NCBI GenBank assembly: GCA_040879625.1
Contig: JBBDJZ010000020.1
Span: 1-32,813 of the forward strand
Direction of reading: 5' to 3'
DNA length: 32,813 bases
Source of the DNA: Minisyncoccota bacterium
GTDB taxonomy: Bacteria > Patescibacteriota > Minisyncoccia > Phycocordibacterales > JAXHMZ01
Positions 24,157 to 32,166 of the stretch are shown piece by piece. The position numbers were made by a program, and so were the translations under genes. The notes below the pieces were generated by a model. The model made no database searches, was not told where the DNA came from, and worked only from the letters and a program-made list of their open reading frames with translations. How positions within the stretch are numbered: position 1 is the first letter of the stretch; every line of letters begins with the position of its first letter.

Positions 24157-27100
24157 ATGTCGAAAAAAGTAGAGTTTATTCACTTGCATACGCACTCTCA
24201 CTATTCACTCCTCGACGGACTTTCAAAAATTCCTGATCTTATAAAAAAGGCGAAAGAATATGGCATGAACGCCCTTAGCCTTACCGACCACGGAAGCATG
24301 TATGGTGCAATTGAGTTCTATAAAGCATGCAAGGCAGCTGACATTAAACCAATTATTGGCGTCGAGGCATACGTTGCCGAGAGAAGTCGCTTTGATAAAG
24401 AGCCCGGAATAGATGACAAACGATATCACCTTACTCTTTTAAGTAGAAACAACGAAGGATATAAGAATCTCCTTAAGCTTGTTTCGAAGGCTGCGCTTGA
24501 AGGGTTTTATTATAAGCCCCGAATTGACGAGGATCTTTTGCGCGAACACGCGGGTGGGCTTATCTGTCTTACTGGTTGTCCCTCGGGCAAGTTCACCCAA
24601 CTTTTACGCCAGGGCTCAAAAGAAGGAGCCCGCAAACTTCTTCAGTTCTATATAGATACCTTTGGAAAAGAATATGTGTTTGTTGAAGTAATGAAACACG
24701 ATGAAGTGGACTGGTATCCCGCACTTTTGCCAGACATTATTTCTCTTGCAAAGGAGTTTGAGTTACCTGTTGTTGCTACGTGGGATTCTCACTACATCTC
24801 GAAAGAGGACAAAGAAGCTCACAACACGCTTCTTCACATCAATACCAATAACAAAAACTTTACGCTTGATGGCGACTACTCATTCATTTCCCCACAGATT
24901 GCACAAGAAATATATAAAGATATTCCAGAGGCTGTCGCAAATACTCAAAAAGTTGCAGACCTCGTCAATGTAGAACTTGAACTTGGTACGTGGACATTTC
25001 CTCGTTTTGACCTTCCAGATAACAAATCAGCTGATACGGTACTCCGTGAACTTGCTTACGCTGGTTTTGAAGCACGAAACATCCCAAAAACTGACGAGTA
25101 TACCACTCGACTAGAATACGAACTTGAAATTATTAAAAATAAGGGTTTTTCAATTTACTTACTCATTGTTGCTGATCTTCTTCGGTTTGCTCGCGAGAAT
25201 GACATTTTTTCAACAATTAGAGGTTCGGTTGCGGGTTCTCTTACCACCTACCTCACCGGTATTACTCGAGTGAACCCTATCGAATACAAACTTCCTTTCG
25301 AACGTTTCTTAAATCCAGAGCGACCCTCAGCACCTGATATCGATATGGATTATGCCGATAATCGACGTGACGAAGTAATTGCCTATGCGCGAGAAAAATA
25401 TGGCGCAGGAAAAGTTGCTCAAATTGGTACCTTTGGAACAATGGCGGCTCGAGGTGCCGTACGTGATGTCGCACGAGCGCTTGGATATCCGTATGGTACA
25501 GGCGATAAGATAGCAAAACTTATACCGATTGGTTCTCAGGGTTTTCCTATGACAATAGATCGTGCGCTTGATATTGAAGCTGACCTTAAAAAAATGTACA
25601 CAGAAGATACGGAGGTGCAGGAAATTATAAACTTAGCGCGAAAAATAGAAGGTTCTGCTCGACACATTTCAGTGCACGCAGCGGGCGTGGTGATTTCTCC
25701 TACGGACGTTACCGATTATGTACCGGTACAGGTTGATCCAAAGGCAGGAAAAACAATTACTCAGTTTGATATGCACGCGGTTGAAGACGCGGGTCTTATT
25801 AAGTTCGACTTTTTGGGACTAAAAAACCTTGCAATTCTTTCACGGGTTATAAAAATAGTACATCGTACTCAGAAGATTGACGTTGATATAGAAGACATAC
25901 CTCTTGATGATAGAAAAACGTTTGAAATGCTTGCGCGAGGTGAAACCAGCGGTCTCTTCCAGCTGAATGGCTCCGGGATGACGCGCTTCTTGAAAGATTT
26001 GAAGCCTTCAACCATTCTTGATGTTAACGCAATGGTTGCTCTGTATCGACCAGGACCAATGGAAACAATACCGAGCTACATTGAACGCAAACACAACCCG
26101 AAACTTATCAAGTATCTTGATCCTCGGATGGAAGAGATACTCAATCAATCTTTTGGGGTTATCACCTACCAAGACGACGTGCTTATGATTGCAATAAAAC
26201 TTGCTGGATATTCGTGGCTTGAGGCTGACAAACTGCGAAAAGCTATGGGTAAAAAAATACCAGCAGAGATGGAGGCACAAAAAAAGAAACTTCTCGATGG
26301 ACTGATAGAGCACGGTATGGCAAAAAAGCAGTCGGAAGAGCTGTGGGCTCTTATTGAACCTTTTGCCGCATATGGATTTAACAAAGCGCACGCAGCAAGC
26401 TACGGGCGCGTGGCTTATCAAACCGCCTACATGAAGGCAAACTTTCCAGTTGAATACATGGCTGCCGTATTAACGGCCGATTCGGGTGAGGTAGAAAAAA
26501 TAGCTGAAATTATTACCGAGTGTAAGAGAATGGGTATAAACGTACTTCCTCCAGATATTAATGAAAGCTTTGCCGATTTCACCGTCGTCGACGAAGAAAG
26601 TGACGGAGTTTCAGAGCAAAAAATTCGCTTCGGCCTTACGTCCATAAAAAACTTTGGAACAGCAATTACTGATTCAATCGTTTTAGAACGCAAAGACAAT
26701 GGACACTTTACTTCCCTATCAAACTTTTTATCACGCGTACAAGATAGAAATATAAACAAAAAATCTTTGGAATCACTGATTAAAAGTGGCGCTCTCGACT
26801 CTCTAGAAGAGCGGGCGGTATGTCTTAAGAATTTGGACTTCTTACTTGCTTTTGCGAAGGAAGCACGAACAGAGGCCGGGCAAGATTCACTGTTTTCACT
26901 CCTTGACCAAACGACGACCGACGAACTAACGCTTGAAAAAGCAGACCCGATAGAAGACAAAGTCCGCCTGGCTTGGGAGAAGGAACTTCTAGGTCTCTAC
27001 GTCTCGGGGCATCCACTAGAAGCATTCAAGCACGAGCTCGAGTTTAGAAAAATAACAATCAATGAAATAAAAGAGAAAGCAAAGAATAATTCAACCGTAA

Positions 27101-27381
27101 CACTGTGTGGAATTATTGAGGAAGTGAAAGAAATTCTTACAAAAAAAGGAGAAAAAATGGCTTTTGTAAAGATTGCAGATTTTGAAGGATCGCTTGAGCT
27201 GGTTGTTTTCCCCGATACACTTAAAAGGCTTGCGCCTTTTTTCCAGCTCGAACAATGCCTTTGCGTATCAGGTACGTTTTCTATGAGAAATGGAGAACCA
27301 AGTGTTCTTATTGAAAAAGCAAGATTGCTTAAACGCAAAAAAGAAGAGCCTGCAAGAGCGGATGAGCTACAATCGAAATAA
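24157..27381 (+). CDS. dnaE: DNA polymerase III alpha subunit
   Basis: PHP domain FIHLHTHSHYSLLDG, with palm/fingers motifs (PDIDMDY, GTFGTMAARGA, HAAGVVIS, FDFLGLKNL, KAHAASY) and a C-terminal OB fold. ATG 24157 (MSKKVEFIHLH) is preferred over the listed ATG 24109. Confidence 0.95.
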   Translation: MSKKVEFIHLHTHSHYSLLDGLSKIPDLIKKAKEYGMNALSLTDHGSMYGAIEFYKACKAADIKPIIGVEAYVAERSRFDKEPGIDDKRYHLTLLSRNNEGYKNLLKLVSKAALEGFYYKPRIDEDLLREHAGGLICLTGCPSGKFTQLLRQGSKEGARKLLQFYIDTFGKEYVFVEVMKHDEVDWYPALLPDIISLAKEFELPVVATWDSHYISKEDKEAHNTLLHINTNNKNFTLDGDYSFISPQIAQEIYKDIPEAVANTQKVADLVNVELELGTWTFPRFDLPDNKSADTVLRELAYAGFEARNIPKTDEYTTRLEYELEIIKNKGFSIYLLIVADLLRFARENDIFSTIRGSVAGSLTTYLTGITRVNPIEYKLPFERFLNPERPSAPDIDMDYADNRRDEVIAYAREKYGAGKVAQIGTFGTMAARGAVRDVARALGYPYGTGDKIAKLIPIGSQGFPMTIDRALDIEADLKKMYTEDTEVQEIINLARKIEGSARHISVHAAGVVISPTDVTDYVPVQVDPKAGKTITQFDMHAVEDAGLIKFDFLGLKNLAILSRVIKIVHRTQKIDVDIEDIPLDDRKTFEMLARGETSGLFQLNGSGMTRFLKDLKPSTILDVNAMVALYRPGPMETIPSYIERKHNPKLIKYLDPRMEEILNQSFGVITYQDDVLMIAIKLAGYSWLEADKLRKAMGKKIPAEMEAQKKKLLDGLIEHGMAKKQSEELWALIEPFAAYGFNKAHAASYGRVAYQTAYMKANFPVEYMAAVLTADSGEVEKIAEIITECKRMGINVLPPDINESFADFTVVDEESDGVSEQKIRFGLTSIKNFGTAITDSIVLERKDNGHFTSLSNFLSRVQDRNINKKSLESLIKSGALDSLEERAVCLKNLDFLLAFAKEARTEAGQDSLFSLLDQTTTDELTLEKADPIEDKVRLAWEKELLGLYVSGHPLEAFKHELEFRKITINEIKEKAKNNSTVTLCGIIEEVKEILTKKGEKMAFVKIADFEGSLELVVFPDTLKRLAPFFQLEQCLCVSGTFSMRNGEPSVLIEKARLLKRKKEEPARADELQSK

Positions 27382-27416
27382 TGCTATAGTAGGTAGTACT
27401 AACATCATAATAGAGT

Positions 27417-29183
27417 ATGAACGAAACACAGATTGAGCGACTTGAAAGGGTGAGGCATTCCTTTGCCCACCTGTTAGCAGCAGCCGTACTTATTCATTTT
27501 CCCGATGCGAAACCAACAATAGGGCCAGCAACTGACAGTGGTTTTTTCTATGATTTTTCCTTCTCAGAACCACCTTCACAATCCGACCTTAAGAAAATTG
27601 AAAAAACAATGCGCTCCCTTCTAACGTCGTGGACGTCCTTTGAGCAATCAACCGTTTCCAAGGAAGAAGCAATGCGTTTATTTGCTGAAAATCCCTATAA
27701 GCTTGAACTCATTGAAGGAATAGTAGAAGCGGGAGAGGAAATTACCCTGTACACTTCAGGAGAGTTTACTGATTTGTGTAGAGGTGGCCACGTAGAATCC
27801 ATAAAAGAACTCAAAGCAGATGCTTTTGAGCTGACCTCCATCTCTGGTTCTTACTGGAGAGGAGATGAAAGCAAAGATGCTTTAACTCGTATTTCTGGAA
27901 TTGCCTTTGAAACGAAAGAAGCATTGGATGACTATAAAAGCATGCTTGAAGAGGCGAAGAAACGTGACCATAGAAAAATTGGCATAGAAATGGATCTCTA
28001 CACCTTCTCAGACCTCGTGGGCGCAGGACTGCCCCTGTTCACCCCAAAAGGAACAATTATTCGAACCGAATTACAAAAAGCTTTGCTTGAATTCAGCAAG
28101 GATTTTGGTATGCAACCGGTAACAATTCCTCATATCGCAAAAATTGATTTGTATCATACCTCAGGACATGCTGAAAAGTTCGGGGATGAGCTCTTTAGAG
28201 TTATCGGACATTACGGTCAAGAGTTTGTAATGAAACCAGTCAATTGCCCCCACCACACGCAAATATATGCTTCAAAACCTCGAAGCTATCGCGATCTTCC
28301 TATTCGCTACATGGAATCCACAATGCAATATAGGGATGAAAAACCTGGGGAGATTGGAGGACTTACCCGCGTTCGAGCAATTACGTGTGATGACGGTCAT
28401 ATTTTTTGTAGACCAGACCAAATAAAAGAAGAAGCGAAAAATATAGCTGAAATAATTAAACGGCTCTACTCATCGCTCGGTATGTACGGCGACCACTGGG
28501 TATCACTTTCTGTTCGCGACCCTCTTCATCCAGAAAAATATATTGGTACTGACGAAGGTTGGGTTAAGGCTGAAAAGATGCTCTCAGAGCTTTCAGACGA
28601 ACTTGAACTCGGAGCACGGCGTATGGAGGGTGAGGCGGCGCTATACGGACCAAAACTTGATTTTATGTTCAAGGATTCACTTGGACGCGAGCGACAGCTC
28701 TCAACCATTCAGTTCGATTTTGCAATGCCTGCACGATTTGGGCTTACGTATACAAATGAATCCGGTGAGGAAGAAACTCCCGTAATGATTCATCGTGCAA
28801 TACTTGGCTCCTACGAGAGGTTTCTTGCGATACTTATCGAACACTTTGCTGGTAAATTTCCTCTGTGGCTTTCCCCAACACAGATTGTGCTTATTCCGAT
28901 TTCAGAAACACACTACTCAGAAACAAAGCTTGTCGCAGAAAAACTTGAAGAAGCTGGGATCCGCGTTGAAGTCTTTGGTGATAATAATTCACTTGGAAAA
29001 CGAATTCGTAAAGCAAAGCTCGAGCGAGTTCCTTATATTGGAGTCCTTGGTGACAAAGAAGTTGAGTCTCATACGCTAACCGTTGAATCAAGAGATTCGG
29101 ATTCAAAAGAAGTTTTAGAAACTGAATTTCTTATTACAAAACTGCAGTCAGAAATTTCGACGCGAAGTTTAAAAACGTCATAA
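27417..29183 (+). CDS. thrS: Threonyl-tRNA synthetase (no N-terminal TGS domain)
   Basis: The protein starts directly in the editing/second additional domain (RHSFAHLLAAAV, GPATDSGFFYDF). Class II core motifs are present (FVMKPVNCPHH, GLTRVRAITCDDGHIF, GPKLDF, HRAILGSYERF), plus an anticodon-binding domain. Confidence 0.93.
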   Translation: MNETQIERLERVRHSFAHLLAAAVLIHFPDAKPTIGPATDSGFFYDFSFSEPPSQSDLKKIEKTMRSLLTSWTSFEQSTVSKEEAMRLFAENPYKLELIEGIVEAGEEITLYTSGEFTDLCRGGHVESIKELKADAFELTSISGSYWRGDESKDALTRISGIAFETKEALDDYKSMLEEAKKRDHRKIGIEMDLYTFSDLVGAGLPLFTPKGTIIRTELQKALLEFSKDFGMQPVTIPHIAKIDLYHTSGHAEKFGDELFRVIGHYGQEFVMKPVNCPHHTQIYASKPRSYRDLPIRYMESTMQYRDEKPGEIGGLTRVRAITCDDGHIFCRPDQIKEEAKNIAEIIKRLYSSLGMYGDHWVSLSVRDPLHPEKYIGTDEGWVKAEKMLSELSDELELGARRMEGEAALYGPKLDFMFKDSLGRERQLSTIQFDFAMPARFGLTYTNESGEEETPVMIHRAILGSYERFLAILIEHFAGKFPLWLSPTQIVLIPISETHYSETKLVAEKLEEAGIRVEVFGDNNSLGKRIRKAKLERVPYIGVLGDKEVESHTLTVESRDSDSKEVLETEFLITKLQSEISTRSLKTS

Positions 29184-29184
29184 C

Positions 29185-29214
29185 AAAAAAAGCCAGCATC
29201 ATGCTGGCTTTTTT
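29185..29214. terminator. Bidirectional intrinsic terminator between thrS and the surface-protein gene
   Basis: A7 - GCCAGCA tca TGCTGGC (29192-29208) - T6. The perfect 7-bp GC-rich stem is flanked by A and T runs and lies between convergent genes. Confidence 0.8.
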
Positions 29215-29229
29215 AATTAGATTGTTTCT

Positions 29230-30165
29230 TTATGCAAGAATTTCTAAGATTCGTTCATTGTTGATTTTCACAAATCCATCTTCGCGAGGATAGGTAGCTT
29301 TTGCTCCATCTATAACTGTTGAGAGAAGCTCTAGAGAAGGACCTCCTAGTGCTTGAGACTTTGTCACAACCGCCTTTAATGCATCTTCAGAAAAGAGAAC
29401 CTTTTCTTCATGGGCATGTGAGCGAAGGATTTGTAATTCCTCAGAATCTAGTATTATTACCTCTTCTTCTTCAACAAACGTGTCTCCAAAAAATGGTGTC
29501 TCAACAGAATCAGCGGGAACTCCGGACTGTGGAGCATAGGCCGTAGCGGTGCTTTTAACAAAGACGCTTTTAATCTGTTCTTTTCTTGCTGGATTTAGAA
29601 GAGCAAAACCAAGCGCTCCTGCCCAAAGAGTAAGCGCAAGTCCAATAAGTGAGAGTCGAAGTACGTCCCCTGCTCCTGTATAAGGAATTTCGGTAAGATA
29701 CACGTAGCCTTTTTCGTCATTTGGAACGAATCTTGTTTCAAGTGTTACGTTATGATCATTTCGAAGAGTACCCGATCCTGATTCAGCTCGTTTTTCTCGG
29801 ACAACAATGCGCAACGCAACGGTGTCTTCACTACAGTCGTTTGAAACTATTAGTTCAACGCGATATGTTCCGCTGTCTTCTATCCGCCCGCTCAGTACTC
29901 CCTTATCTTCATCAAAACTGAGACCACGAGGGAGATACTTAACGTCATAGGTATCAACATCTCCGCCCTTAGTTTCTATTTCGTACTCAAAACGTTCATT
30001 TTCATTGACATAGACACGTGTTTCGTCGAGAACGATAGTAACATCCTCACATCGTTCATTACGTGTTGCACCATTCACTTCACCTGGAAGCACGCTGGTA
30101 GTGAAAGCAAGCACAGCAAATGAAAGTGCAAGAATTCTAGTTGTTTGTTTTAGTAAGCTATTCAT
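29230..30165 (-). CDS. Secreted Ig-like (He_PIG-type) surface protein with an internal IPYTG sorting-signal-like motif, TM helix and 117-aa cytoplasmic tail
   Basis: Signal peptide MNSLLKQTTRILALSFAVLAFTTSVLPGEVNG, then the putative Ig motif YLPRGLSFDEDKGVLSGRIEDSGTYRVELIV. IPYTG occupies res 160-164 (nt 29674-29688), followed by the hydrophobic stretch VLRLSLIGLALTLWAGALGFALL and NPARKEQIK. An acidic, helical tail runs to res 311. Confidence 0.7.
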   Translation of the reverse strand: MNSLLKQTTRILALSFAVLAFTTSVLPGEVNGATRNERCEDVTIVLDETRVYVNENERFEYEIETKGGDVDTYDVKYLPRGLSFDEDKGVLSGRIEDSGTYRVELIVSNDCSEDTVALRIVVREKRAESGSGTLRNDHNVTLETRFVPNDEKGYVYLTEIPYTGAGDVLRLSLIGLALTLWAGALGFALLNPARKEQIKSVFVKSTATAYAPQSGVPADSVETPFFGDTFVEEEEVIILDSEELQILRSHAHEEKVLFSEDALKAVVTKSQALGGPSLELLSTVIDGAKATYPREDGFVKINNERILEILA

Positions 30166-30188
30166 ATATATACGATTACGTAAGATTA

Positions 30189-30217
30189 ATTATATAGTGT
30201 TTTATTACAGATGTCAA
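30189..30217 (-). promoter_or_regulatory. Perfect-consensus sigma-70 promoter for the surface-protein gene
   Basis: The minus strand reads TTGACA (30212-30217), a 17-nt spacer, then TATAAT (30189-30194). The -35 box begins 2 nt after the sortase stop codon, and the -10 box lies 23 nt before the ATG. Confidence 0.7.
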
Positions 30218-30219
30218 TA

Positions 30220-30876
30220 CTAGCGAGCGGTGTCATTCACGAGCTCAGCCTGTATGACATATCTATCTTCTTTGGCACCAAATGAGTTGCACGTAGCAAG
30301 AGTGATAGTTGGCTTCTCTGCTCCAAAATTAACCCGAACCTCGCTTTCTTTTGCGAGCACATTAGAAGTCACTCGGTAGATAAAGCGATTACCATCTACA
30401 TACAGTTCAACGGTGTCTCCAATGCGTAAATCTTTAATGCGATTAAAGACCCTAAAATTTTCATTTCTTACGATTGGTAGAAAGGAGCTATGGCCAAAGA
30501 AGAGCAAGTTTGCATCTTCATGGAGGTAACCAGATCCTGGATAGTAGACAACGCCATCAAGAAGTGCAGTATCAAGAACGGCATAATCACGTGAACGTGG
30601 ATTGACTATTGTTGCATCAAGTCCAATTGAAGGAGCAACCAAGCGGTCTGGTATTGGGGGTGCACTGTTTTCTGCTTCCTTTTTAACAGGTTTTTCGAAT
30701 TCCACAAGGCCCTGAGATTGCGTTACGCTCTTTGCCTCTGCCATAACTGCTGAGACAGAGATAAACACGGGTGCATAGAGAGCACAAAATAATGTTGCAA
30801 CAGAAAGCAATGATACCGCTAATCCGGCAGTAAATGGGCCTTCCGTGTCTATTTTTTCTTTCTCAGTCATTGACAT
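30220..30876 (-). CDS. Sortase-family cysteine transpeptidase, N-terminally membrane anchored
   Basis: TM segment FTAGLAVSLLSVATLFCALYAPVFISVSAV. Catalytic triad context: LLFFGHSS (His129), ITLATCNSFG (TLxTC, Cys196), EDRYVIQAEL (Arg205). Also the typical L.APSIGLDATIV strand. Confidence 0.88.
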   Translation of the reverse strand: MSMTEKEKIDTEGPFTAGLAVSLLSVATLFCALYAPVFISVSAVMAEAKSVTQSQGLVEFEKPVKKEAENSAPPIPDRLVAPSIGLDATIVNPRSRDYAVLDTALLDGVVYYPGSGYLHEDANLLFFGHSSFLPIVRNENFRVFNRIKDLRIGDTVELYVDGNRFIYRVTSNVLAKESEVRVNFGAEKPTITLATCNSFGAKEDRYVIQAELVNDTAR

Positions 30877-30904
30877 ATCAGATTTTCAATATATAATCCG
30901 CATT

Positions 30905-30916
30905 AGAAATATTTCT
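30905..30916. repeat. 12-bp perfect palindrome AGAAATATTTCT in the sortase/CARDB divergent spacer (possible operator)
   Basis: The sequence is read directly and is its own reverse complement. The context is AT-rich, so chance occurrence is plausible. Confidence 0.3.
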
Positions 30917-31018
30917 TTTGTGAACAGATGTTAAGTGAAGTGTATTGCTATATATACCACTATTTTCAAGTATTGTCAATAGTTTCATTCCCCTTTATAC
31001 GTAACGTACCATAATCTT

Positions 31019-32086
31019 ATGAACAACGAAGAAAGAACGACACAAATGAGTGAGGAGGAGCGATCTTCCGAAGAACGGCGACTGGAGAACGATGAACCGG
31101 GTCGTCCTATTTGGATTACCATTCTTGCTGTTGCAGGAATACTTGCTGTTATTTTTGCACTTGGCATCAGCGTGTTTCAGCTTGCAACACGAGGGAGCGA
31201 CCGAGTTTCTGAAATTACAGCTGGACTCGGTGGCCTTTTCCAAAGAAGTGAGAGAATCGTTCTCAGAGTAGACAAATCTACGGTTAACTCGGAAGACGAG
31301 GTTACTATTTTTCTTGAACACCGCAACAAAGACAGGGGCGAAAATGGTATCTATACTGTTCAAATTGATTGCGAAGAAGAAGTAACGGCTCGCCTAAACG
31401 ACACTCTAGTTGCTTGCAACGAAGAGATTGAGTTGGGAAAAGAAACACCTGAATCCTTTACGGTCACACTTCAAGCAGAGAGCGAGCGCTATACTGACAT
31501 ACCCGTTATTGTTCGCTACGTGGGAGGAGATGAAGTTGTCGAGACAGACACACTTCTTACTGTGGTAAACACCGACATTGCGTCGACACCAACCAAAGAT
31601 GAAGATGCAAACGAAGATTCAGATGAAAAAACAGTAACAGACGCAGAAGATTCAGAAAAAATAACAACACCTCAGTACATAACCGTAAAACGATACGGCG
31701 GTAGGTACTCTGATCCAAATGGTATAGCGGATTTACGCGTTAGTATTACAAACACGGGCATTATTAGGAACGGAGACTTCAGAGAACGAGATGAAGTAAG
31801 CGAAAATGAACGCGCTGCTCTTTCGTTTACAGTCAGCAACGCAGGTACTAAAGAAACAGGGACGTGGTACTTTAGTGCTCTACTTCCAACCGGTGAAACG
31901 TACTACTTTAAATCCGATACTCAACAGAACCTACTTCCAGGAGATAGAATTGAGTATATTCTCGCTTTTGACGATATCGAAGGTAGGGGGGATACGAAGC
32001 TCTACGTGTATGCTGATCCGGTTAACTCTTTGGCGGAACTTTCTGAGATTAACAACATCGGGGAAGCGGTCTTCGACATCCGATAG
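31019..32086 (+). CDS. N-terminally membrane-anchored surface protein with beta-sandwich domain and C-terminal CARDB-like domain
   Basis: An acidic cytoplasmic N-terminus is followed by the TM segment IWITILAVAGILAVIFALGISVF and an ectodomain with a Cys pair (C118, C133). An acidic linker follows, then CARDB-like DLRVSITNTG, FTVSNAGTKETG and YVYADPVNSLAELSEINNIGE. The start is uncertain (ATG 31019 or 31046). Confidence 0.7.
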   Translation: MNNEERTTQMSEEERSSEERRLENDEPGRPIWITILAVAGILAVIFALGISVFQLATRGSDRVSEITAGLGGLFQRSERIVLRVDKSTVNSEDEVTIFLEHRNKDRGENGIYTVQIDCEEEVTARLNDTLVACNEEIELGKETPESFTVTLQAESERYTDIPVIVRYVGGDEVVETDTLLTVVNTDIASTPTKDEDANEDSDEKTVTDAEDSEKITTPQYITVKRYGGRYSDPNGIADLRVSITNTGIIRNGDFRERDEVSENERAALSFTVSNAGTKETGTWYFSALLPTGETYYFKSDTQQNLLPGDRIEYILAFDDIEGRGDTKLYVYADPVNSLAELSEINNIGEAVFDIR

Positions 32087-32107
32087 AAAAACAGTAAAGC
32101 TCACATT

Positions 32108-32138
32108 AAAAAACACTCTTTAAATAAGAGTGTTTTTT
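32108..32138. terminator. Bidirectional intrinsic terminator between the CARDB-protein gene and gyrB
   Basis: A5 - ACACTCTT taaat AAGAGTGT (32113-32133) - T5. The 8-bp stem lies between convergent genes. Confidence 0.75.
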
Positions 32139-32166
32139 AATTAAACTGTGTACGTGAAGCTTGCCT

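Noticed and set aside
26427-26960. 177-aa ORF antisense to dnaE (also the 141-aa ORF at 11255-11680 antisense to rpoC, the 145-aa ORF at 10671-11108 out of frame in rpoC, and the 129-aa ORF at 15562-15951 antisense to trmD and the leader)
   Set aside because: Each lies entirely, or almost entirely, inside strongly supported conserved genes. Their compositions are low-complexity Ser/Arg/Leu-rich, typical of shadow frames. None has promoter or family evidence.
27406-27416. CATAAT box 5 nt before the thrS ATG (and CATAAT 3 nt before ATG 31019) as further leaderless promoters
   Set aside because: The spacing is shorter than the 6-7 nt seen at the better examples, and there is no TG extension or -35 box. 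thrS is only 35 nt from dnaE and may simply be co-transcribed. Left as an unsupported possibility.
31880-31894. LLPTG in the CARDB-domain protein as a second sortase motif
   Set aside because: It reads L-P-T-G (missing the x position of LPxTG), lies inside a predicted beta-sandwich domain, and is not followed by a hydrophobic segment or basic tail.
31985-31993. RGD tripeptide (EGRGDTK) in the CARDB-domain protein as an integrin-type adhesion motif
   Set aside because: A tripeptide is expected by chance. There is no evidence that the organism contacts integrin-bearing hosts.
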